Source: an uncultured Verrucomicrobiae bacterium (GTDB lineage Bacteria > Verrucomicrobiota > Verrucomicrobiia > Limisphaerales > JAHDYP01). Taken from it: a DNA stretch of 64,000 nucleotides. The notes under the pieces were generated by a model that did no database searches, had not been told where the DNA came from, and saw only the letters and a program-made list of their open reading frames with translations. The stretch is from positions 391,963 to 455,962 of the forward strand of contig CAVXWU010000014.1 in NCBI GenBank assembly GCA_963765535.1, given 5' to 3'. Position 1 is the stretch's first letter. Every line of letters begins with the position of its first letter. The position numbers and the translations under genes were made by a program. Below are positions 9,392-16,648 of this stretch, piece after piece.

Positions 9392-10686
9392 ATCCCGCAC
9401 CGCGCATCGTCATCACCGGGATCGGGGCCGTATGCGGCGCCGGCCTCTCGATCGAATCAATCTGGACGAACGCCCTTGCCGGACGCTCCGCCATCCTCCC
9501 CATCCGCCAATGGGATACTTCGGGTTGGCCCGTCAATATCGCGGCCGAAATTTACGGGGTCGACGATCGCACTCTGGTCGAGGATCGCAAACTTCACAAA
9601 ACCATCTCACGCACGGATCTCTTCGGCCTCTACGCCGCGGGGGAGGCCTTCCAGCATTCCGGCATCCTCGAAACTCGGCGCGCACTCGACGAGCCATCCG
9701 CCACCCATTTCAACGACCGAAGCGCCGTATTCGTCGGCTCCGGCGGCGGCGCCTACGAAAGCAATTACGACTTTTTTCCGCTCATGACGGCCGCCCGTGG
9801 CGAACTCCAGCGGTTCGGACGCGAATTATGCGACACCGTGAATCCGATGTGGTTGCTCAAGCATTTGCCGAACAATGTCCTCTGCCATGTCGGCATCCGC
9901 CACGGGTTCAAAGGCACTAATGCCTGTATCACCAACCACTGCGTCGGCGGCGCCCTGGCCGTGGCCGAAGCCGCCAACGCTATCCGGTTTGCCGAGGCCG
10001 ATCGCGCCATCGCTGTCGGCCACGACGCACCCATCGAGCCCGAAACCATTCTCCATTTCCACAACTTGGGCCTGCTCGCTCATGACACGGTCCGATCCTT
10101 TGACCGGGATCGCAGTGGAACGGTCCTCGGCGAAGGCGCAAGCGCAATCCTCCTCGAAAGCGAAGCCGGCGCCACCCAACGCGACGCCAATATTCTCGGC
10201 GAATTCCTCGGCGCCGGATCCGTCACCGAAGCGACCGGTGTCCTCGATGTTCGCGCCGATGGCGATGGGTTGCGCCGAGCCATCGAACTCACCCTGTCCG
10301 ACGCCGGAATGTCTCCCGGCGCCGTCGGAATGATTGTCGCTCACGCCAATGGAACGCGAGCCTCCGACGCCTCCGAGGCCCGCGCGCTACGACAGGTGTT
10401 CGGCGATAATCCGCCACCCGTCACGGCGTTTAAATGGTCTGTGGGTCATCTCATCGCGGCCTCCGGAGTCCTCGACCTGTCCCTCGCGCTGACCTGTCTG
10501 CACCGTGAAATCGTGCCGGGCATTCCCACCCTGCGAGTATTTGACCCCGTTCTTCCCACCTTGCCCGTCTCCGCGTCGGCTCAAAAACCCCGCGCCAATA
10601 CCGCGCTTATCATTTGCCGCGGATTCGGAGGCATGAACGCCGCCCTCATTGTCCGTGCCGGTCCTTCTTCCCGGACTCTCGAATGA
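9388..10686 (+). CDS. Beta-ketoacyl-[ACP] synthase, divergent second KS
   Basis: 432 aa with ITNHCVGGALAVAEA (Cys retained), VAHANGTRASD and KWSVGHLIAASG (both His retained), and a GFGGMN end. The start ATG overlaps the upstream stop (ATGA). Confidence 0.8.
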   Translation: MNPAPRIVITGIGAVCGAGLSIESIWTNALAGRSAILPIRQWDTSGWPVNIAAEIYGVDDRTLVEDRKLHKTISRTDLFGLYAAGEAFQHSGILETRRALDEPSATHFNDRSAVFVGSGGGAYESNYDFFPLMTAARGELQRFGRELCDTVNPMWLLKHLPNNVLCHVGIRHGFKGTNACITNHCVGGALAVAEAANAIRFAEADRAIAVGHDAPIEPETILHFHNLGLLAHDTVRSFDRDRSGTVLGEGASAILLESEAGATQRDANILGEFLGAGSVTEATGVLDVRADGDGLRRAIELTLSDAGMSPGAVGMIVAHANGTRASDASEARALRQVFGDNPPPVTAFKWSVGHLIAASGVLDLSLALTCLHREIVPGIPTLRVFDPVLPTLPVSASAQKPRANTALIICRGFGGMNAALIVRAGPSSRTLE

Positions 10687-11939
10687 ACCCTCCCCAGGGA
10701 ACCCGCTGTGGAATCGACACGGTCGAAATCCAGCGCATCGAAAAACTGCTGGCCTACAAAACCGACGACGAATTGACCCGGCTCTTCGCCGAAACCGAAC
10801 TCAAAGACTCCGGCTCATCGGCAGGCCGTCTGGCCAGCCTCGCCGCCCGGTTCGCCGCCAAGGAAGCTTGCTGCAAGCTCTTCCCGCGCGAGACCTCGCT
10901 GGGCATCCTCCAACCCGCTGACTTCGTCATTGAACGGTCAGGCTACGGCGAGCCGCAAGTGCGCCCCAATCCACGAGCCCAGATGGTCCTGGATCGAAAT
11001 CGGATTGCTGCGATTCGTCTCTCACTCACCCATACCGAAGCCACCGCGTCGGCCATCGCCTGGGCAGAACCCCATTCCACTTTCGTTCCATGGTTCGGCC
11101 TCGTCTGCTTCCATCTCCTCCCTTTCCGAAAGCGCCTCATCCTGTCCAACCTGCGTCGCGTGTTCGCGGACGTGGCGTCTGAACTCGAGATTCGGCGTCT
11201 CGCACAAGCCTCCTATGCCCATTTCATTCGCTGTTTGATCGAAATGGTCCGGTTGCCCTTCATGTCCCGGCAAAAACGTAACGCCTGGATCCGGATCGAG
11301 AATATCCAGTCCCCCCTCCAGGCCCATCAACAGGGCAAAGGCATCCTCCTCTTGACCGGTCACTTCGGTAACTGGGAAGTGGCCACGGTCGCCGGCCTGG
11401 GCCAGTTCCCCCAATACCGAGGTCTCCTTCACTTCCTGCGGCGCCCGCTTAAACCCTCCTGGTTCGACGCCCTGATCACCTGGCGCTTTCGAAAAGCCGG
11501 ATTCGGCACACTCGCAAAACGTGGTTCCATGGATCGAATCCTCGATCTCCTGGCCCATGGTGCGGTCATTGTGTTCACCATGGATCAACACGCCGGCAAA
11601 CCAGATGGTATCCCGGTCGATTTTTTGGGCTACCCTGCCGGAACGTTTAAAAGCCTCGCCATCCTCGCTCTCAGCACCGGCGCGCCGGTCATCCCCGCCT
11701 GCAGTTGGCGCGAACCCGATGGCGCCCATGTCCTCCACTTCGAGGATCCGCTCCCGCTCGTCGAATGCGACGACGCCGGCGAGGCGATCCGCACAAACAC
11801 GCGGGCCTTCAACCTCGCGCTCGAAAAGATGCTGCTCCGGCACCCGGAACAATGGATCTGGATGCACCGTCGATGGAAATTCAACCCCGCCCCGGCGAAG
11901 CCGACCACCAGGCATTGCGCCTCTCCCCCTTCGGATTGA
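10683..11939 (+). CDS. Fusion protein: holo-ACP synthase (AcpS-type PPTase) + LpxL/HtrB-family lipid A-type acyltransferase
   Basis: The N-terminal about 130 aa read CGIDTVEIQRIEKLL...LAARFAAKEACCKLF...RLSLTHTEATASAIAWAE (AcpS pattern). The C-terminal about 285 aa read LPFRKRLILSNLRRVF...GKGILLLTGHFGNWEVA...FTMDQHAG... (the HFGNWE motif of lauroyl/myristoyl acyltransferases). Start at the ATG at 10683 overlaps the KS stop (ATGA); the track start at 10614 is inside the KS gene. Confidence 0.75.
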   Translation: MNPPQGTRCGIDTVEIQRIEKLLAYKTDDELTRLFAETELKDSGSSAGRLASLAARFAAKEACCKLFPRETSLGILQPADFVIERSGYGEPQVRPNPRAQMVLDRNRIAAIRLSLTHTEATASAIAWAEPHSTFVPWFGLVCFHLLPFRKRLILSNLRRVFADVASELEIRRLAQASYAHFIRCLIEMVRLPFMSRQKRNAWIRIENIQSPLQAHQQGKGILLLTGHFGNWEVATVAGLGQFPQYRGLLHFLRRPLKPSWFDALITWRFRKAGFGTLAKRGSMDRILDLLAHGAVIVFTMDQHAGKPDGIPVDFLGYPAGTFKSLAILALSTGAPVIPACSWREPDGAHVLHFEDPLPLVECDDAGEAIRTNTRAFNLALEKMLLRHPEQWIWMHRRWKFNPAPAKPTTRHCASPPSD

Positions 11940-11995
11940 TCCCTGCCCGCGGGAAACGTTAACGCCAACGCGTTTCTTCCGCAGTCGTGGAGCGA

Positions 11996-12325
11996 TCAAG
12001 GATTCGAGCTGGAATTCGAAGTCCCAACTTCCGTCTCGCTTGCAGGTGGCGTATCCGTCTGCTGCCCTTGAGACCTCAGAACAGCGTCTGCAATCGTCGT
12101 AACATTCTGCAAAATAGCCTGTGCCGCGGCCGGATCCGGGATTTTGAGCCCGTATTGTTTGTCCAAAGCGACGACTAATTGCAGGGCGTCGACTGAGTCC
12201 AATCCAAGCCCCTCAGGGCCGAACAAACTTTGGTCATCCCGAATATCGGCAGACGTAATTTGTAGCATCAGATTCTCAGCCAGAAGTTTTTTGATCTGCT
12301 CTTTGAGCGTCGCCTGGTTCTCCAT
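11996..12325 (-). CDS. Acyl carrier protein (second ACP of the cluster)
   Basis: 109 aa with GLGLDSVDALQLVVALDKQYG (the DSxD/L attachment motif) and a short Ser/Thr/Pro-rich tail. Confidence 0.85.
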   Translation of the reverse strand: MENQATLKEQIKKLLAENLMLQITSADIRDDQSLFGPEGLGLDSVDALQLVVALDKQYGLKIPDPAAAQAILQNVTTIADAVLRSQGQQTDTPPASETEVGTSNSSSNP

Positions 12326-12453
12326 ATTTTCTTGTTACTATTCGCCACCGATATTGCCGGCGAGAGGGTGTGACAGTCTGCCGCTCCGCGACAAGCCATA
12401 AATCGAACCACCTGTTCCGCGCAAAGTGACTCGTCAGGGCCGGCGTCATGCTC

Positions 12454-13467
12454 TCAAATCTGTTGGAGGCGAATGCCGGAAGCCTGTTGGTTGCAGCCCA
12501 CCAGGCTTATCGTTGCCGCCCGATGCACGTCCCTGCCCAACATGTCCGCCGCCGCAACCACCTGCCACAGCGCGGCCGCCGCCAGGGCTTCGCCCAATAC
12601 GTTCTTCGGTGATATCCTCGGGCCGGACCAATCCTGCCACACCCGCGCCTCGGCGCCATCGACCCGTGGGGCTCCTTGCCCGCCGTCACATAACATTTCT
12701 CCCGAGCCCATGGCGGGAAGTTCCGCGCGCATTCGTTGACTGCAGGTCTCTCGCGACAATTCGCGCCGATAGAGATGCGGGGAAGCGATCGCGGCGACCA
12801 TAGTGCCACCCCCGGAGTTACGATCGAGCTCGAGATACAATGCCCCGGCGCCTTCGGATAGCACGACGCGGCGGGAAAACATGCCCATCGCGTCTGCCAT
12901 CATCCAATCGAGTTCTTCGGCGCCAATCACCAGGCAGCCTTCCACCTCACCCTCAAGCAGCCAGTCTACCGCGATGGCCATTCCGACCCCTACCGATCCT
13001 TGATCCCCAATGAGGGTGTAGTTCGGGCCGGCGGAATTCAACAGCGCGGCCAGGTGACTGCCAGAAGCGTTGAAGACTGTCTCGGGGAATAACAGTGGGC
13101 TCGCCAATGCCGGCTGGTGCAGTATCTCATCGTAGAACCGGCCCGTGTACCTTACGCAGCCGCACATCGTGCAAATGACGATGCCTAGCCGCATGGCGCC
13201 CTCCACGACGGGTAACCGATGCTCTCCCAGGGCCTCCAGCGCCGCGCCGACCACAAATTGGGCGATGGGTGGAGACCTGCGCAGACGAGCATCGGCGAGG
13301 AAGGCCGGCCGTGGCACCGGCGACGGGACTCGTCGAACCGACAAAGGGCGCGAGGCGCCCGGCCGGGCCAGGTCTTGCGCCGGTGCTGGTTCACCACTTG
13401 TGATGGCCTCTCTCAGACACTCGACCCCCCAACCCGCCGGACTTACCGCGCCAATGCCCCTGATCAT
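12454..13467 (-). CDS. KS-like protein lacking the active-site Cys and both His (chain-length-factor / KS-beta-like)
   Basis: MIRGIGAVSPAGWG...NYTLIGDQGSVGVGMAIAVDWL...: by eye, a Gln sits where the ACxSG Cys is expected, and there are no HGTGT or GHxxGAAG motifs. Start at the ATG at 13467, or a GTG at 13479 overlapping the upstream stop. The track start at 13752 overlaps the KS gene. Confidence 0.7.
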   Translation of the reverse strand: MIRGIGAVSPAGWGVECLREAITSGEPAPAQDLARPGASRPLSVRRVPSPVPRPAFLADARLRRSPPIAQFVVGAALEALGEHRLPVVEGAMRLGIVICTMCGCVRYTGRFYDEILHQPALASPLLFPETVFNASGSHLAALLNSAGPNYTLIGDQGSVGVGMAIAVDWLLEGEVEGCLVIGAEELDWMMADAMGMFSRRVVLSEGAGALYLELDRNSGGGTMVAAIASPHLYRRELSRETCSQRMRAELPAMGSGEMLCDGGQGAPRVDGAEARVWQDWSGPRISPKNVLGEALAAAALWQVVAAADMLGRDVHRAATISLVGCNQQASGIRLQQI

Positions 13468-13475
13468 GACTCGTC

Positions 13476-14717
13476 TCACAAACAACTCCGGAAAACCAGG
13501 CTGGCGTTGGAACCGCCAAAGCCAAAGGAATTCGAAAGCACGGCCCGAGAGGTCGCCGAACGCGGCCGAGTAACCAGTTCGAATTGACATGCGGAATCGA
13601 CCGTCTCGGTGGTGACCGTTGGTGGCAGGAATCCTTCGCGCAACGCCATGATACAAACGACCGCCTCCACAGCGCCGGCCGCACCCAGCAAATGGCCCAC
13701 GCTGGATTTCGTCGAGCTTACCGCCAATGTCCGCGCTCGCGCGCCGGCCCATCGGTTAATGGCCGATGCCTCGGCCGAATCATTCAGCACGGTGCCCGTC
13801 CCATGTGCATTCACATAGTCGATGTCGGCCGGCCCGAGGGCTGCCCTTTCGCACGCCATTTCCATCGCGGCCAAAGCCGCGGTTCCTTCCGGGTGCGGCT
13901 GGGTCAAGTGATGAATATCTGTCGCCATGCCATATCCCGCCACCACCCCAAGGATCTCCGCCCCGCGACGCCGCGCGCTGTCCGCCGTTTCCATGGCCAG
14001 GACCGCAGCACCCTCGCCCAGACCCAAACCGTCCCGGCTCGCGTCGAATGGCCGACAACGGGTGGGTGAGAGCGCCTGCAGCACGTCGAATCCGGCAAAG
14101 GTTACTTCCGCGAGGGCGTCATAGCCGCCGGCGAGCACCCGCTCTGCCCGGCCCATTCGAAGGAGCGACCAACCATGTCCGATCGCATTGGCCCCCGATG
14201 CGCAGGCGTTTGAGATGATGGTGATAGGTCCGGAGAATCCAAACGCGTCGACAATATCCAGTGCCTGGCGTTGAGCCTGGTAATGCGTCACCCGGACGGG
14301 TTGACCGCGAAACCGCGTCGGGGTAGCCAGGGCCTGGCGGTAATAAGCTTCGCCTAAGGTCATCCCGGCGCCAGTGGTTCCCAGAACCAGCGGCAGCGCC
14401 TCCGACGGTTCCCAACCCGACTGTCGCCATGCCTCTTCCGCCGCCAGCAACAATATGCGCGCCCCGCGATCCATGCGTCGGATCTGCCGGGCATTGAGCC
14501 GGGTCGCCGGCATGTCTTTCGGTAGATCGATTTCCGCCGCTTCCTTCACTCGCCGACCTGAGACGTCCAACAAAGTCACCGGCCGAAAACCCACTTGACC
14601 GGCGCGGAAACCGTCCAGGTTCTTCACCCAGCCTATTCCCAGTGCGGTCACCACTCCCACGCCCGTCACAACAATCGAGTCGCCCGGGGCGTTGGATGGA
14701 GGTAACGGAAAAAGCAC
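13476..14717 (-). CDS. Beta-ketoacyl-[ACP] synthase (FabF/FabB-type KS)
   Basis: 413 aa with ISNACASGANAIG, NAHGTGTVLND, KSSVGHLLGAAG and GFGGSNASLVF. Confidence 0.9.
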   Translation of the reverse strand: MLFPLPPSNAPGDSIVVTGVGVVTALGIGWVKNLDGFRAGQVGFRPVTLLDVSGRRVKEAAEIDLPKDMPATRLNARQIRRMDRGARILLLAAEEAWRQSGWEPSEALPLVLGTTGAGMTLGEAYYRQALATPTRFRGQPVRVTHYQAQRQALDIVDAFGFSGPITIISNACASGANAIGHGWSLLRMGRAERVLAGGYDALAEVTFAGFDVLQALSPTRCRPFDASRDGLGLGEGAAVLAMETADSARRRGAEILGVVAGYGMATDIHHLTQPHPEGTAALAAMEMACERAALGPADIDYVNAHGTGTVLNDSAEASAINRWAGARARTLAVSSTKSSVGHLLGAAGAVEAVVCIMALREGFLPPTVTTETVDSACQFELVTRPRSATSRAVLSNSFGFGGSNASLVFRSCL

Positions 14718-14818
14718 GAGGATGGATTTCGGTTAGCGAGACCTTAAAAGACCCGGCGGTCCGCCGTCAAACCCGTCCGTGAAAGGCATCGGCCTTGCCA
14801 GAAGAGCGGGATCGAATA

Positions 14819-15424
14819 TCAGTCCACCCGGTTGATTTTGAGGTCGGTCTTCAGGACCTTTCCGTCCTCGGCGGAGATGAGAACTTCGCCGATATTCACC
14901 TGGCGATTGGGGTGATCCAATTTAGCCGCCCAAAGCTTCACGTGCCAGACGGGCAGACGGTCATCACCCTGCCCATCGTCGCCCGCCCGATCCAGTTCCA
15001 ATTCGCTCGCCTTGATCGTCAACCGATCCAGCAAGGGCTCCTTCAACGCAATCTCGATGGCCCGATCCGAATCGACCTTAAGTCGTGCCCGGTCGAGCAC
15101 GGCGTTGCCCCCTCCGATCTTCTCGAAAAGACGCATCGGCCGTTTGACATCGAGTTTCTTCCCTGCGCCAAACTTGACCTCGGTGGTATCAAAGCTCGCA
15201 TCGGCATCGTAATAGACCACATACCAGATGTTCGGGATCACACCACCCACGGACTTCTGCGAACGGATCTGCACCACTTTATCCTTGGATTCGATGCCAA
15301 CATATTGATTGCCTTGCTCGATCAACTGGAACGCCGTCGGCTCCTCTGCCGCCGTAACGGCTTGCACCAGGATCCCGCCCAGGGCCATAGCCCATAACCA
15401 ACCCAATCCTATTGGTTTAATCAT
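14819..15424 (-). CDS. Exported hypothetical protein
   Basis: 201 aa with an N-terminal signal-like segment (MIKPIGLGWLWAMALGGILVQAVTAAEEP). No motif I can name with confidence; it has two loosely similar halves. Confidence 0.6.
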   Translation of the reverse strand: MIKPIGLGWLWAMALGGILVQAVTAAEEPTAFQLIEQGNQYVGIESKDKVVQIRSQKSVGGVIPNIWYVVYYDADASFDTTEVKFGAGKKLDVKRPMRLFEKIGGGNAVLDRARLKVDSDRAIEIALKEPLLDRLTIKASELELDRAGDDGQGDDRLPVWHVKLWAAKLDHPNRQVNIGEVLISAEDGKVLKTDLKINRVD

Positions 15425-15503
15425 GGGCGCATTCTAACTCGGGCCCCGTCTATTTTCAATCGCTTCTCCGGGCCCCTATTACGCGCGTTACCCGTCTCAG
15501 CGC

Positions 15504-16166
15504 TCAATCCCGAGACTCAATTTCGGCTTCGGCATCCGACAACGACCCGGGATAAATGGCGGCGGACAACTCCCCCCGTCGAATCAACTCTTGCAGATCG
15601 CGAATGATTGTCCTCCGCGCCACCCGGAATTGCCGGGCTAATGCCGATATGTTGGGACGTTCGCCCGAGGGTCCGATGATTTCCCGGATCTGCGTCTGCC
15701 GGCTCAAACGGTCGGTTGAACGACTGAGCAGCTCCTGCACATCGACGCGCTTGGAACGTTCCAGGGCGCTGAATTGCCGTACGACTTCCGCCTCTCCACA
15801 CTCGGCCAGCGCCGTATCGACCGTTCGGGCCAACAGCTCCAGGTCGACCGGTTTCACGATCACGTAGTGTGCCCGCCGCGGGCCTTGCAGCGCGCTGATC
15901 TGCTGCTGCGCCTCCAATGCGCCGGACACGACGATCACCGGCACATAGGGAAGCAGCATCCGGAACTCCCCCAGGTAATCGAGCCCCTGTTCACCGTGCG
16001 CCAGGATGTGATCCAGAATGATGAGGTGCGGCTGGATCTGGGCGATACGCTTCAGCGCGTCGCTCGCCGTGCTGGTGCGAATCAACTCGTGATGTCCCAG
16101 CGCCTCCTCATAAAGCTCGTACTGCAGGTCGTCGTCCTCAATAATCAGGATCCGCGCAGCATTCAT
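15504..16166 (-). CDS. Response regulator (REC domain) with C-terminal HTH
   Basis: ILIIEDDD...LIILDHIL...VIVVSG...VKP is the REC pattern with phospho-acceptor Asp context. The C-terminal ISALARQFRVARRTIIRDLQELIRRGEL is HTH-like. Confidence 0.85.
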   Translation of the reverse strand: MNAARILIIEDDDLQYELYEEALGHHELIRTSTASDALKRIAQIQPHLIILDHILAHGEQGLDYLGEFRMLLPYVPVIVVSGALEAQQQISALQGPRRAHYVIVKPVDLELLARTVDTALAECGEAEVVRQFSALERSKRVDVQELLSRSTDRLSRQTQIREIIGPSGERPNISALARQFRVARRTIIRDLQELIRRGELSAAIYPGSLSDAEAEIESRD

Positions 16167-16227
16167 GGTTCAGCAGACAGTGTAGCCGCTTCTCGTCCGT
16201 AGTGAAGCCATTAAATGCTCACTGCCA

Positions 16228-16562
16228 TTGCGCACTTCGGCTGGGCCGGAAAGGTCAGCGCCGACGCACGTCGGCGGCTACCCCACTCCGTAGCCGCGCT
16301 CGTGAGAGCGCGCTGACCTGGGGATTGCGGGGCCGTGCTCCTCATGTTGGTCGAGCAGAATAATTATGGAGCCCTGCTTCGGATAATCATCCTGCCCAAG
16401 AATCATTCTGCCGCTCCCCTCGCTTACACGGATCGCTCACGCCGATGTGGCAGGATGATTGTGGGCAGAATGATTGGGAAACTTTGCTTCAGGTCATGAT
16501 TCTGTCACTCCCCGGTTGCGCACTTCGTTTCCGCCGGAACGTCGGCGACTACCCCACTCCCG
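16228..16562. repeat. Composite intergenic repeat cluster between sensor kinase and response regulator genes
   Basis: Direct repeat blocks: TTGCGCACTTCG (16228-16239, 16516-16527) and CGTCGGCG[G/A]CTACCCCACTCC (16269-16290, 16540-16562). Six copies of a GCAGRAT[G/A/C]AT unit in both orientations: 16355-16366(+), 16385-16396(-), 16400-16412(-), 16449-16460(+), 16464-16475(+), 16494-16506(-). Nested GC hairpins: CCGACG-CA-CGTCGG and GGTCAGCGC...GCGCTGACC. Confidence 0.7.
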
Positions 16563-16648
16563 TGCGGTATCAAGAAATCCACCTCCTCGCCCGACAGCCG
16601 CACCCGAGGTTGCCAGTCTTCGCCGCCACGTGTCGCGACCCGCGCCGT

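Noticed and set aside
12426-13003. Several plus-strand ORFs opposite the KS-like gene
   Set aside because: Pro/Ala/Ser/Arg-rich shadow ORFs. The minus-strand frame has clear thiolase-fold sequence features.
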